Below are positions 27,387-38,228 of a stretch of 49,903 nucleotides of DNA, in pieces. The position numbers and the translations under genes were made by a program. Under the pieces are notes generated by a model that saw nothing but the letters and a program-made list of their open reading frames with translations, was not told the origin of the DNA and searched no databases. The stretch's first letter is position 1, and each line of letters starts with the position of its first letter. The stretch is from Candidatus Moranbacteria bacterium UBA1362 (lineage in GTDB: Bacteria; Patescibacteriota; Minisyncoccia; Moranbacterales; GWC2-37-73): contig DBRS01000019.1 of assembly GCA_002306085.1 (NCBI GenBank), forward strand, positions 336-50,238. The letters run 5' to 3'.

Positions 27387-27785
27387 ATGAACAAAATCAT
27401 TATTGCTTCAGGTCCTGTTATTTTAGAAGACAATAAAGTTATTCTCAACCAGCATGGGAATACAAACTTTTGGAAATTTTGCGGAGGAAAAGTTGAAGAT
27501 TTTGAACATGATTTAAAAGAACATGCAAAACGTGAAGTTAAGGAAGAAATGGGTATTGAGGTAGATATCTTAGATCGAACGCCTTATATCATGTACACGC
27601 AAAAAGAAACCCCAGAAGGAAAAATTGATGTTATTCTTGTTCACTTTTTAGCAAAAAGAATCGGGGAGATAAGGCCAGGTGAAGACATCAGAGAATGGAA
27701 ATGGATTCCGATCGAAGAACTTGGGAAAGAAAATCTCGCGCCAAACATACTTCCGACCCTGAAACACTTCGGATTCATAAAATAA
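27387..27785 (+). CDS. NUDIX hydrolase
   Basis: GGKVE...AKREVKEEMGI Nudix box. Confidence 0.9.
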   Translation: MNKIIIASGPVILEDNKVILNQHGNTNFWKFCGGKVEDFEHDLKEHAKREVKEEMGIEVDILDRTPYIMYTQKETPEGKIDVILVHFLAKRIGEIRPGEDIREWKWIPIEELGKENLAPNILPTLKHFGFIK

Positions 27786-27808
27786 AATCTCCGCGCGGAG
27801 ATTTTATT
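27781..27808. terminator. bidirectional terminator between NUDIX and dxs
   Basis: AATAAAATCTCC-GCGC-GGAGATTTTATT. Confidence 0.85.
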
Positions 27809-29657
27809 TTATGAAAGATTTTATTGACTTTAAAATTCCTTCTTCATCCAATCCTGCCTCTATCAAAATTTCTTCACGCGTCCCATGGTCTAAAAATTTG
27901 TCAGGAAGCCCCAGGCCTTTGATAAAAACTTTTATTTTTTCCCTCGCAAAAAATTCATTGACAGCGCTTCCCGCGCCGCCGGAAATCGCATTGTCTTCAA
28001 CAGTCACAAAATATTTATGCGTTTTTGCAAGATTCTTTAATAATTCTTCATCAAGAGGTTTCACAAATCGCATGTTCACCAAAGTCGCACCCAATTCATC
28101 CGTGGCCTTTCTGCAATTTTCAACAAGCGGGCCGAAAGCCAGTATTGCAATATCTTTTCCCTTGCAAACAACATCCGCTTTCCCAATTTCAATAGCCTCA
28201 TTTCTTGTCATGCTGTATTCATCTTTCACATTAGCTCTCGGATATCTCACTGCGGCAGGACCTTTGTGATCGTAGCCTGTTTTCAGCATAGAATAGCATT
28301 CATTTCTTCCTGTTGGTGTCATGATAACAAACTTCGGAATGGTTCTGAGAAACGAAAGATCAAAGCTACCGGAGTGGGTTGCCCCGTCAGGTCCCACAAT
28401 CCCGGCACGATCAATCGCAAGGAGAATGTTGAGATTCTGGATAGCTATATCATGAATGAGCTGATCGTATGAACGCTGCAAAAATGACGAATAGATCGCA
28501 ACGACTGGCTTTTTGCCCTCGTGTGAAAGTCCGGCAGCAAAAGTTATGGCATGCTGTTCCGCAATCCCGACATCATGATATCTTTTGGGAAATTCTTTGC
28601 TGAATCTTTTTAGTCCCGTCCCTTCGCACATTGCAGGAGTGATGGCGTGAAGCTTGTAATCTTTTTCAGCCGTATCGCAAACCCAGTCAGAAAAAACATC
28701 CGAATACGACTTGCTGTTTTTTGTGCTGCCGTTTTTCTTTCCCGTGCACGGATCAAAAGGTTTCACGGCATGCAAAGAAAACTCATCATTTTCGGCCGGC
28801 GTGTATCCTTTTCCCTTTTTTGTAATTATATGCAAAAATTTCGGCCCCCTGATCTTTTTCAAGTTTTCCAGAACTTCGATCAGCATTTTCACATCGTGCC
28901 CGTCAACCGGACCATAATATCTGAATCCCAATTCCTCAAACAAAGTTCCCGGCATTATCATTCCCTTGGCTTGTTTTTCCGCTTTGCGCAAAAACCTCTG
29001 GATTGAAGGCAGGCTTTCCAAAAATTCTCTTCCCTTACTGTGGAGACTCTGATACGAAGGAGAAGAAATCAAACGCGTCAGATAGTTGTTCATTCCGCCG
29101 ACATTGGGAGATATGGACATTTTATTATCATTTAATATGACAAGAATGTCAGCTTTTATGTCTCCGGCATGATTGAGCGCTTCAAACGCCATGCCTCCCG
29201 TGAGCGCTCCGTCGCCGATCACGGCAATGACCTGCTTGTGATTTTTTTTATTTTTATTCGCCACAGCCATTCCGATGGCGGCGCTTACGGAAGTACTGGA
29301 ATGTCCCATGCTCATTGCGTCATATTCGCTTTCTTCCCTTTTGGGAAACGGAGCAAGTCCTCCTCTTTTTCTTATCGTATGAATTTTGTCTCTGCGTCCT
29401 GTCAAAATTTTGTGAGGATACGCCTGATGTCCGACATCCCAAAGCAGAATGTCTTTTGGCGCATCAAAAACATAGTGAAGTGCAACCGTAAGCTCCACAA
29501 CTCCAAGATTTGAACCGAAATGTCCGCCGCTTTGCGCGACGCTTTCTATGAGAAAATTGCGAAGTTCACCGCAAAACTCCGGCAAATCTTCATCTGGAAC
29601 ATTTTTTAGATCTTCGGGAAAATTAATTTTGTCCAAAATTTTATATTCTTTTTTCAT
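27804..29657 (-). CDS. dxs: 1-deoxy-D-xylulose-5-phosphate synthase
   Basis: GGHFGSNLGVVEL, WDVGHQAYPHK, GDGALTGGMAFEALN, DVGIAEQHA, DRAG; start at MKKEYK. Confidence 0.96.
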   Translation of the reverse strand: MKKEYKILDKINFPEDLKNVPDEDLPEFCGELRNFLIESVAQSGGHFGSNLGVVELTVALHYVFDAPKDILLWDVGHQAYPHKILTGRRDKIHTIRKRGGLAPFPKREESEYDAMSMGHSSTSVSAAIGMAVANKNKKNHKQVIAVIGDGALTGGMAFEALNHAGDIKADILVILNDNKMSISPNVGGMNNYLTRLISSPSYQSLHSKGREFLESLPSIQRFLRKAEKQAKGMIMPGTLFEELGFRYYGPVDGHDVKMLIEVLENLKKIRGPKFLHIITKKGKGYTPAENDEFSLHAVKPFDPCTGKKNGSTKNSKSYSDVFSDWVCDTAEKDYKLHAITPAMCEGTGLKRFSKEFPKRYHDVGIAEQHAITFAAGLSHEGKKPVVAIYSSFLQRSYDQLIHDIAIQNLNILLAIDRAGIVGPDGATHSGSFDLSFLRTIPKFVIMTPTGRNECYSMLKTGYDHKGPAAVRYPRANVKDEYSMTRNEAIEIGKADVVCKGKDIAILAFGPLVENCRKATDELGATLVNMRFVKPLDEELLKNLAKTHKYFVTVEDNAISGGAGSAVNEFFAREKIKVFIKGLGLPDKFLDHGTREEILIEAGLDEEGILKSIKSFIK

Positions 29658-29671
29658 ATAAATAGCAAGAG

Positions 29672-30721
29672 TTAGTGCACGGCCAGCTGTCCGCACGCGC
29701 CTTTAATTTCTTCGCCCAGACTTTTTCTTATTGTAGAATTAACTTTATACTTTCCGAGTTCTTTTTTAAACGCATAAATTTTGCTTTTTGAAGAGGATCT
29801 AAAGTCTTCATGGACCAAATTATAGCGTATGAGATTTACATGAAGAAGATGCGAAAAACCTATTGATTTTATATAATCTGCCAACATTTTTGCATCTTCC
29901 TTTGAATCGTTTATATTCTCAAGCATTATATATTCCAAAAACACCTTTCTCTTTGCGATTTTAAAATATTCCTGTAGCGCCTTTTTCAGTATACCAAGAT
30001 TTTCTTTTTTGTTTATCGGCATATATGCGTTTCTTTTCTCGTCATCCGCAAAATGAAGCGAAATTGCAAGATTAACCTGCGGAAATTCTTTGGCCATTTC
30101 TTTCACGCCTCCCACAATTCCGCACGTCGAAACAGAAATGCTGCGCGAACTGAAACCAAAGAGATTTTTGTCTGTCAAAATTTTTATGCTTTGAGAGACA
30201 TTTTTCCAATTCAAGAACGGCTCTCCCATTCCCATAAAAACTACATTGGTAACATGTGACGTGGGAGAAGCAGCAAGAAGGTTTTTGCTTTCTTGCCGCT
30301 TCAAGTATTGTCTCCAGAACAGAATTTGATCAGTAATTTCCTCCGCCGTCAAATTCCTTTTGAATCCTATCTTTCCTGTGGCACAAAATTTGCAACCCAT
30401 CGCGCAGCCTACCTGACATGAGATACACACGGACCAAATGCCTGGTTTTGGAGAAATCAAAACTGATTCAATAAAATTTCCGTCACGCAATTTAAAAAGC
30501 GCTTTTGCCGACTGTCCATTGCTTGCAACCAGCACTTTTTCAACATCAAAAGAAAGGATTTTCATTTCACCATCCAGACGTTTTCTCAAAGCTAACGATA
30601 TTGTTGAAATATCCAAAAAAGAAGAAATGCCATAGTTAAAAATGGCCTTTCGGATTTGTTCCAATCTATATTTCGGCTGATTTTCTGCTCTTAGAATTTT
30701 TTCGAGTTTCGTTATATCCAT
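29672..30721 (-). CDS. rlmN: RlmN-family radical SAM RNA methyltransferase
   Basis: QVGCAMGCKFCATG, MGMGEP, ACGQL. Confidence 0.9.
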   Translation of the reverse strand: MDITKLEKILRAENQPKYRLEQIRKAIFNYGISSFLDISTISLALRKRLDGEMKILSFDVEKVLVASNGQSAKALFKLRDGNFIESVLISPKPGIWSVCISCQVGCAMGCKFCATGKIGFKRNLTAEEITDQILFWRQYLKRQESKNLLAASPTSHVTNVVFMGMGEPFLNWKNVSQSIKILTDKNLFGFSSRSISVSTCGIVGGVKEMAKEFPQVNLAISLHFADDEKRNAYMPINKKENLGILKKALQEYFKIAKRKVFLEYIMLENINDSKEDAKMLADYIKSIGFSHLLHVNLIRYNLVHEDFRSSSKSKIYAFKKELGKYKVNSTIRKSLGEEIKGACGQLAVH

Positions 30722-30732
30722 TTGCCGTTCTT

Positions 30733-31296
30733 TTACATGAAATATTCAAGCAAAAATAAAGAAGCGCGCCCATACAAAAATCCGAGCACCGCCCCTCCCA
30801 AAATGTCGCTGGGATAGTGCATTCCGTTGTACATTCTTGACCATGCCGTGATCAAAATAACAATGACGGCAACCGGCCAAAGAAAAGCGTAAAAATGTAG
30901 CAAAACAACAAATCCGCTGACCATGGCGGCAATGTGTGAAGACGGAAATGAAGAACCGAGCATATTTGCTCCGATTGCTTTTATTTCTTTCGGATGCGCG
31001 ATATGGGGACGCTCCCTGTTGATTGAAAGAATGCTGCCAACGAACTTTATCAAGCAATCGCTGATCAAAAAATTCAGCAAAAACGCAGTCGCAAGACCTA
31101 TGCCAAGAACTAATCCTTGAAGTACATTGAAAATTGCCACCAGAAACGGAACCAATATCCAACCCGCCGAAAGCAGAAAAATATTGCTTGCAGTTCTGCT
31201 GAGAACATCAATTCCCGAAGACCCTTGACCGTTAAGCGCAACCACTGTGTCTTTTTCAAATCGGCGAATTGAATCTATAAAACTTGTTTTTTTCAT
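30733..31296 (-). CDS. PAP2-family membrane phosphatase
   Basis: K...RERP, SFPSSH, SRMYNGMHYPSDILGG. Confidence 0.9.
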   Translation of the reverse strand: MKKTSFIDSIRRFEKDTVVALNGQGSSGIDVLSRTASNIFLLSAGWILVPFLVAIFNVLQGLVLGIGLATAFLLNFLISDCLIKFVGSILSINRERPHIAHPKEIKAIGANMLGSSFPSSHIAAMVSGFVVLLHFYAFLWPVAVIVILITAWSRMYNGMHYPSDILGGAVLGFLYGRASLFLLEYFM

Positions 31297-31308
31297 ATGC
31301 TGCCGTGT

Positions 31309-31989
31309 TTAAACGAATCTTTTGATCGCCATCTGAGCATTTTCAAGATCTTCCGGGGTACCTATCGGATACCATCTTCTTGCTTCCAATATCTTTATAT
31401 CAAATTCTTTCGCCATTGAAGCAAGAGTTTGCGGCAGCCCGTATTCTCCATTGCCGACCGAAACGAGCTTGAATTTGAAAAAATTTTTGTTAAGCATGAA
31501 AAGTCCGATAGCAGCCAGCTTGCTTTTTGACCTTTTTGGTTTTTCTTTTATCTCTTTGAGATTGCCTTTTTTGTCGGTTTTCAGGATCCCAAATTTGCTG
31601 ACATCCTTTACCTTTTTTGCCAAAATCGCAAGATCGTATTTTATGATTTTTTGTACATCGCCTTTGTCATAAAGATCGTCTCCGTACATAACCAAAAATT
31701 TTCCCTTGAGAAGTTTTTTTGCTCTGTGAATGGCGCCTCCCGTTCCATTAAGACGCTTTTGTTCCACATATGTTATTTTACGCCCCTTGTAGCTGTTTCC
31801 AAACTCCCTGCGAATCTTGTTACCCTGATAGCCGATCACAAAAATTACCTCGTCTATTTCTTCAGGAAGAAGATCAAGTTTGTGCTTCAAAATGGGATAG
31901 CCCCCAACGTGAAGCATGTTTTTATTATTTTTGTCCGTAAGGTTTCGCATTCGCTTTCCTCTTCCTGCCGCTAGAATTACCGCCTGCAT
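31309..31989 (-). CDS. sugar-phosphate nucleotidyltransferase family protein
   Basis: VILAAGRGKRM, GTGGA, YGDD, IGTPEDL. Confidence 0.88.
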   Translation of the reverse strand: MQAVILAAGRGKRMRNLTDKNNKNMLHVGGYPILKHKLDLLPEEIDEVIFVIGYQGNKIRREFGNSYKGRKITYVEQKRLNGTGGAIHRAKKLLKGKFLVMYGDDLYDKGDVQKIIKYDLAILAKKVKDVSKFGILKTDKKGNLKEIKEKPKRSKSKLAAIGLFMLNKNFFKFKLVSVGNGEYGLPQTLASMAKEFDIKILEARRWYPIGTPEDLENAQMAIKRFV

Positions 31990-32081
31990 TATGGTGTGAT
32001 ATTAATCTGCGAATAAACGCGAATCCGCCAATTGCGAATTGCAACTTGCGGATTAGCATTCCACTCGTGGATTTTTTCGTT

Positions 32082-34616
32082 TTATTTAATTACAATATTA
32101 ATCAATCTTCCGGGAACAAACACAGTTTTCTTTATTTCCTTGTTTTCAACAAATGGCCTCACTTTTTCGCTTTCGAGTGCGGTTTCTTTCACTTCATCTT
32201 CAGTCACATCCGGAGCGATAAAAATTCTGTCGCGAAGTTTTCCATTTACCTGAACAACCATTTGAATCTCTTCTTCCTTGAGATATTTTTCATCAACTTC
32301 GGACCATTTTTCCAAAAATATTGATTTTTTATGGCCAAGTTTTTCCTGCCAAATTTCTTCGGCAATATGCGGAGCAAATGGAGCTAGCAATTTAATATAT
32401 TTCCCATAATCTTCTCTTGAAATTCTATAATGATCGACAATAATAGCATTGGCACAAATCATAAGTTCAGAAATAGCCGTATTAAAATGAAATTCTTGTA
32501 TATCGTCTGAAACTTTTTTGATTGCCTTATTTAATCTTTTTTTTGTTGCCTTAGCCGTTATATTCTCTTCGAAATTTTCCAGCATATCTTCTTGAGCATT
32601 TTTCAAAAGATTAAAAGCTATATTCCACACTTTTTCCAAAAATCTCACGATTCCTACGATACCCTTCGTGTTCCAAGGTTTCATTGCTTCGAGGGGTCCC
32701 ATAAACATTTCGAACATGCGAAGAGCGTCAGCTCCATATTCATCCACGACATCATCAGGGTTGACCACATTGCCTAGGGATTTCGACATCTTTCTTCCGT
32801 CTTCCGCCAAAATCGTCCCTTGATGGCGAAGTTTCAAAAATGGCTCGTCAAAATCAATATACCCCAAGTTGTGCAAAACTTTAGTGAAAAATCGTGAATA
32901 CAAAAGATGAAGGACGCTATGCTCCGCTCCGCCGACATAGGTATCCACCGGCAGCCATTTTTTGATAGCTTTTTTTGAAGCAAATTCATCCTTGTTTTTC
33001 GGATCGGCATACCTGAAATAATACCAAGACGAACAAACAAAAGTATCCATCGTGTCAGATTCCCTTATGGCTTCTTCTCCGCATTTCGGACATCTCACAC
33101 GGTGAAACTTCTTTGATTTTGTCAGAGGCGATTCTCCCGTTGGAAGAAAGTCAACATCGTCAGGAAGCTCAACCGGAAGATCCTTTTCCGGCACTGGAAC
33201 TTCGCCGCATTTCTTGCAATATATGATCGGAATCGGCGCACCCCAGTATCTTTGGCGGGAAACAAGCCAGTCACGCAAGCGATAATTTATTTTCTTTCTT
33301 CCGATTCCTTTTTCTTCAAGCCACTCGGTAATTTTTTCTCGAGCCTCGGCGGAAGCAAGATCGTCAAATTTTCCTGAATTTATCAAAACGCCGTCATCAA
33401 CATAGGCCTCTTTATCAACAGAAGATTTGCCATCCTGGCTTTTGATAACTTCTATAATCTTTATGTTCTTTTCTTTTGCAAACGCGTAATCCCTTTCATC
33501 GTGCGCGGGAACCGCCATGACTGCTCCCGTTCCATAGCCTCCGATCACATAGTCAGCAACGAAGAGCGGCAGGTTTTCATTTGTAAACGGATTGATAAAT
33601 TCAATGCCTTCGAGTTTCACGCCAGTTTTGTCTTTCTGAAGTTCCATCCTTTCGAGATCTGTTTTGTTTTTTGCTTTCTCAATATATTCTCCGACCTCCT
33701 GATAATTTTTTATTTTATCTTTCAGTTTTTCGATTATTTCATGCTCGGGAGCGACAACCGCATATGTCATCCCAAAAACCGTATCAACTCTTGTCGTATA
33801 AACTTCAATAATTTCTTGAGTTCCCGCAATTTCCATTCTGAACTGCGTGCCCTCCGATTTTCCGATCCAATTTTTCTGAAGCAACTTAGTTGATTCAGGC
33901 CAATCCACCTTATCAAGACCGGAAATCAGGCCGGAAGTGCGTTTTGAAACGTTCGTTTTCGTACCTACGTCCGTACCTACGGGCGTACCTACGAGCATAG
34001 GCGCTTCTTTATCCTCGATAAAATCGGTTATTTTGAAAAACCATTGCTCAAGATCTTTTTGCAAAACTTTGCTTTTGCAGCGATCGCAAATTCCGCCTTC
34101 CGCCTGTTCGTTTGCCAGCACCGTTTGGCAGCAATCGCACCAGTTTACTTTTGCTTTCTTTTTGTATGCCAATCCATTTTTATACAGCAACAAAAAGAAC
34201 CACTGTGTCCATTTGTAATATTCAGGATCAGATGAATTTACCTCGCGCGACCAATCGTAGGAAAAGCCCATGCGTTTCATCTGATTTTTGAAAGTGTTCA
34301 CGGCTTTTTCGGTAGTAACGCTTGGATGCACCTTTGTTTTGATCGCATAATTTTCGGCAGGAAGCCCGAAAGCATCCCAACCTTGCGGATGAAGAACATT
34401 TTTCCCATTCATGCGAAGGTAGCGCGAAATTATATCGGTCGCCGTATAACTTTCAACGTGTCCGACATGCAGCCCATCGCCGGACGGATATGGAAACATG
34501 TCAAGAATATATCTTTTTTCTTTTTCTGATTTTTCATCAGCAGCATAAAGCTCCGGATGCTCAGCCCAATATCTTTGCCACTTCTCTTCAATTTTCTGCG
34601 GATTGTATTTTTCCAT
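32082..34616 (-). CDS. leuS: leucine--tRNA ligase
   Basis: MFPYPSG.GLHVGH, SRQRYWG, KMSKS, CP1 editing domain. Confidence 0.97.
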   Translation of the reverse strand: MEKYNPQKIEEKWQRYWAEHPELYAADEKSEKEKRYILDMFPYPSGDGLHVGHVESYTATDIISRYLRMNGKNVLHPQGWDAFGLPAENYAIKTKVHPSVTTEKAVNTFKNQMKRMGFSYDWSREVNSSDPEYYKWTQWFFLLLYKNGLAYKKKAKVNWCDCCQTVLANEQAEGGICDRCKSKVLQKDLEQWFFKITDFIEDKEAPMLVGTPVGTDVGTKTNVSKRTSGLISGLDKVDWPESTKLLQKNWIGKSEGTQFRMEIAGTQEIIEVYTTRVDTVFGMTYAVVAPEHEIIEKLKDKIKNYQEVGEYIEKAKNKTDLERMELQKDKTGVKLEGIEFINPFTNENLPLFVADYVIGGYGTGAVMAVPAHDERDYAFAKEKNIKIIEVIKSQDGKSSVDKEAYVDDGVLINSGKFDDLASAEAREKITEWLEEKGIGRKKINYRLRDWLVSRQRYWGAPIPIIYCKKCGEVPVPEKDLPVELPDDVDFLPTGESPLTKSKKFHRVRCPKCGEEAIRESDTMDTFVCSSWYYFRYADPKNKDEFASKKAIKKWLPVDTYVGGAEHSVLHLLYSRFFTKVLHNLGYIDFDEPFLKLRHQGTILAEDGRKMSKSLGNVVNPDDVVDEYGADALRMFEMFMGPLEAMKPWNTKGIVGIVRFLEKVWNIAFNLLKNAQEDMLENFEENITAKATKKRLNKAIKKVSDDIQEFHFNTAISELMICANAIIVDHYRISREDYGKYIKLLAPFAPHIAEEIWQEKLGHKKSIFLEKWSEVDEKYLKEEEIQMVVQVNGKLRDRIFIAPDVTEDEVKETALESEKVRPFVENKEIKKTVFVPGRLINIVIK

Positions 34617-34720
34617 AGTCCCAACAAATTATCAGCCTACCGGACAGGCAGGCGAATTAATTACAAAAATACAAAGAATTATTTGTTTTTATCTTAACAC
34701 ATTTATAATTGCATTTCAAG

Positions 34721-35563
34721 CTATTTTTCCTTTGTTTGAGCCTTAAATGCGAGATAAACGTTTTCCAGAAGACAAGCGATTGTGACTGGTCCGACTCCGC
34801 CTGGGACAGGAGTGATAAAGCCTGATTTTCCCTCCGTTGAGGCAAAATCTACATCTCCCACGACTTTTCCTTCTTCCTTTTCAATACCGCCATCAATGAT
34901 AATAACTCCATTTTTCAGTATCTTACCATTAATAAGCTTTTTTGAACCTACGGCGCTTACCAAAATATCAGCACCCAGAATTTTGTCGACATTCGAAGCA
35001 ATCTCCGTCGAAAGGAAATATTCCACAAGAGCGCCCTTTTGGGAAAGAGCCGCCACCATAACTCTGCCAAATTCGTCCGAATTTGCAACAACAACCGCTT
35101 TTTTATTTCTTAAATCCTGTCCGCTGCTTTCAGCAAGAAGCATTATTGCGCTTGGAAAAACAGGTTTGATATGCTGCTTTCCGCTGATAAAACACTCGAC
35201 ATTTTTGCGATGGAATCCATCCACATCCTTTTTTGGAGTAATTTTGGATATTATTTTATTGCTATTGATTCCCTTGGGAAGCGGAAGTTGCACTATGATC
35301 CCGTGCACTTTTTCATCGGAATTAAGTTTGTTTATCAAACTTAAAATTTCCGCCTCTGAAACATCGTCCGGAAAATCATGCTTAAAAAATTCTATCCCTA
35401 TTTCACGCGCTGCTTTTTCCTTTAGCGAAACATACAGGCGTGAAGCTTCATCATTCCCGGCCAGAATAACGGCTAAACCCGGCTTCTTTTCAGAGCCGGC
35501 AATCTCGCTTTTCAAGCGTTCCAGTATATTATCCGCGATAGGTTTTCCGTACAATAATTTCAT
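34721..35563 (-). CDS. folD: methylene-THF dehydrogenase/cyclohydrolase
   Basis: GIIVQLPLP, KDVDG, GDVD, TPVPGGVGPVT. Confidence 0.93.
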   Translation of the reverse strand: MKLLYGKPIADNILERLKSEIAGSEKKPGLAVILAGNDEASRLYVSLKEKAAREIGIEFFKHDFPDDVSEAEILSLINKLNSDEKVHGIIVQLPLPKGINSNKIISKITPKKDVDGFHRKNVECFISGKQHIKPVFPSAIMLLAESSGQDLRNKKAVVVANSDEFGRVMVAALSQKGALVEYFLSTEIASNVDKILGADILVSAVGSKKLINGKILKNGVIIIDGGIEKEEGKVVGDVDFASTEGKSGFITPVPGGVGPVTIACLLENVYLAFKAQTKEK

Positions 35564-35673
35564 GGATTTTCATTTATTCTTATCTGAATTATACATTCCA
35601 AAATTAAAAAAAGGCAAACCGCGCAGTTCAACCTAATTTTAAATTATAATTTTCTAAGTTTTTAACTAAAATT

Positions 35674-36900
35674 TTATTTATATCTGAGCGCATCCAAAGG
35701 ATCAATTTTGCTCGCCCTACGCGCAGGCACATAGCCGGTAAGAAAACCCACGACTCCCGAGAAGGCAAGAATGGAAAGCACAAACCAAAGAGGACTGTAA
35801 AACAAACTGACCTTTTCACCTCCGAATCTCACCGCAATAAAATTAATTATCGAATTAAAACCAAGACCGCCAAACCAACCTATCGCAACTCCCGAGCAGC
35901 CGCCCAAAAAACCCATTATGGCCGATTCCATGAAAAACATCGCCGAAATTATCATGTCAGACGCGCCTATGGACTTCATGATACCAATCTCTTCCGTTCT
36001 TTCAAGAAGAGTAATGGTCATGGTGTTGAACATACCGATGGCGGAAACGACCAAAGCGATAATTCCGAAAAGCATGAGAATTATCTGAACAACGCTGAAT
36101 ATCTGATTTGCCTGTTCTACGACATCGGAAAGCGATGAGACGAGCAGCCCATATTCCAGAATCGTATCCCTGATCACGTTCATTTCTTCTGTTGAATAGG
36201 TTTTGACTTTCGCCTGACCGTAAACGTTTATATTCAAATTTTCAAGAGAAGATATATTGGTATATATTATGTTATCTTCCCCTTCTATCACTCCGATTAT
36301 CTTGTAAATCTTGTCGCTCTCAACTCTGTCGAATTGGCTCGCCGCTTCATCTATTGTATCACTGACACTCTCCGAAGATGTTGTTATTTTTGGCACAAAA
36401 AACGAAAAGGTTATTTCTTTGTCCAACATATCTTCGGGATTTTTGTCGAACACTTTGGCAACAGAACTGCTTATCACGACTCCTGTCACGTTATCATCGG
36501 CCAGAAGAACTCCGGCGGCAGCTTTATAACCTCCGAGCCTTAAAAACGAAGGTTTGCATCCTATGGTGATCAAATCGGCCGACATATCGTCAAAATGACC
36601 CTGTGTGGTTATCTGAAACGCCGGACTCACCTCTTCAACGCCAGGCAAGGATTCGATCGTCTTGATCATTTCCTTGTTAAGCGAAATAACGCCTGACTTG
36701 GCTTCCGAGACGTCCAATGTCAAAAGAGAATCAGAAGTGGTAATTCTTTCCAACAGTGTTTTCTGAAGACCGTATCCCAAGGAAACCAGAAAAAGAATGG
36801 CGCCGATACCAATACTCATACCCAAAATGGTCAAGAGCGTCCTTGACGTTCTTGCCTTGAACATACGGGTAGAAAGCTTGAATAAATCGATAAATTTCAT
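35674..36900 (-). CDS. MacB/FtsX-family ABC transporter permease
   Basis: RTLLTILGMSIG, ERTEEIGIMKSIGA, PARRASKIDPLDALR. Confidence 0.92.
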   Translation of the reverse strand: MKFIDLFKLSTRMFKARTSRTLLTILGMSIGIGAILFLVSLGYGLQKTLLERITTSDSLLTLDVSEAKSGVISLNKEMIKTIESLPGVEEVSPAFQITTQGHFDDMSADLITIGCKPSFLRLGGYKAAAGVLLADDNVTGVVISSSVAKVFDKNPEDMLDKEITFSFFVPKITTSSESVSDTIDEAASQFDRVESDKIYKIIGVIEGEDNIIYTNISSLENLNINVYGQAKVKTYSTEEMNVIRDTILEYGLLVSSLSDVVEQANQIFSVVQIILMLFGIIALVVSAIGMFNTMTITLLERTEEIGIMKSIGASDMIISAMFFMESAIMGFLGGCSGVAIGWFGGLGFNSIINFIAVRFGGEKVSLFYSPLWFVLSILAFSGVVGFLTGYVPARRASKIDPLDALRYK

Positions 36901-36914
36901 AATTTTTACACGTG

Positions 36915-38228
36915 TTATGCGGAATACTTGAGCAGCATTATCAATTCGATTTCACGCACAACTTTATCAGCGCTGTTTTTATAAAGGCCGATTCCTCCAA
37001 GCGATTTAGGAGCATCAAGCCTTTGCTCAAGACCAAACCGGTCAATTTTATTTTCCACGCGCAACTTGATGAACGACCTGAAGCGCAACATTATTTCATC
37101 GTCAGTCAGTTTTAATCCGCACACCTCATTCAGATAGTCAGAGAGCGCTATAAAGTTTGATTTCTGATTCTCTCTTATGTTTTCAGACTGATCAAGTATC
37201 GATTTGACGCGTTGCGCGAAAGAGATCGCCCTAAGTTTATTCCAACCAGCACCGCCTTTGTTGAAATCAAGATCAAGTTTTTCAATCAAAGCATTTATAT
37301 CTATATTGTTGAACAAAAATTCCTTCAAAAGATTTTCAGCGGCATTGACCTGCTCTTCGCTAAGATCGGACAAAATATGGGAAAGGAGTTGTTTGGCTTT
37401 AAAAGGAATAAGAAGTACCCCCACCTGCTGAAGGGAAAGATTCTTAAAGGTACGCATGAGAAGCTTCAGTTCGCTTGATATTTCGGTCGGAACATTTTCA
37501 ACCTCTTTCTTGAGAGCTTCTTTCGGCCGTTTGTCACGGTTAACCTCTTCACTAACTTTTTTGCCGTCTTTCATGTACACAACCCTGTCGGCATATGCAA
37601 GATGCTCAGGGTTGTGCGTAACCATAATCAAAGTTTTTTTGTCTGTGAGATTTATTTCCTGAAAAATATCAAGCACGTTCTGAGCTGATTCGGAATCAAG
37701 ATTTCCCACGGGCTCGTCGGCAAGAATTATCTCCGGATTATTCACCAGAGCACGTGCGATCGAAACGCGCTGTTTTTGTCCGCCGGACAGCTGCGCGGGA
37801 AATTTGTCGGCTTGTTCCGCTATTCCAAAGCGTTGCAAGAGTTCCATGGCCTTTTCCCGGCGCTCCCTGAGGTTTTCTCCGCGAAAAACTTTTGGAAGAC
37901 AGACATTATCAAGAACAGTAAGCGTCTCAATCAAATAGAAAGCCTGAAAAACCATTCCAATACTTGTCTGGTGGAATTCAACCATTTCCTTTTTTTTCAT
38001 TTCAGCAAGATTTTTTCCATGCACAAACACGTCTCCATAGGTCGGAGGCTGCAATCCGGAAATACCATAGAGAAGCGTCGACTTACCGCAGCCGGAAGGC
38101 CCGTATATGATGACATATTCCTGAGGATAAATTTCCAAATCAACACCATCCAGCGAGCGCACCTCGTTGGATTTCCCCTTGTTGTATATTACTCTGAGCT
38201 GATTAACTTTTATGCACGGTTCAGCCAT
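36915..38228 (-). CDS. LolD/MacB-type ABC ATPase with ~200-aa C-terminal extension
   Basis: [27 protein letters not shown]. Confidence 0.92.
   Translation of the reverse strand: MAEPCIKVNQLRVIYNKGKSNEVRSLDGVDLEIYPQEYVIIYGPSGCGKSTLLYGISGLQPPTYGDVFVHGKNLAEMKKKEMVEFHQTSIGMVFQAFYLIETLTVLDNVCLPKVFRGENLRERREKAMELLQRFGIAEQADKFPAQLSGGQKQRVSIARALVNNPEIILADEPVGNLDSESAQNVLDIFQEINLTDKKTLIMVTHNPEHLAYADRVVYMKDGKKVSEEVNRDKRPKEALKKEVENVPTEISSELKLLMRTFKNLSLQQVGVLLIPFKAKQLLSHILSDLSEEQVNAAENLLKEFLFNNIDINALIEKLDLDFNKGGAGWNKLRAISFAQRVKSILDQSENIRENQKSNFIALSDYLNEVCGLKLTDDEIMLRFRSFIKLRVENKIDRFGLEQRLDAPKSLGGIGLYKNSADKVVREIELIMLLKYSA

Noticed and set aside
34782-35636. 284-aa plus-strand ORF and the many other antisense ORFs in the track
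   Set aside because: Shadow frames of clear genes (here folD) with no recognisable motifs
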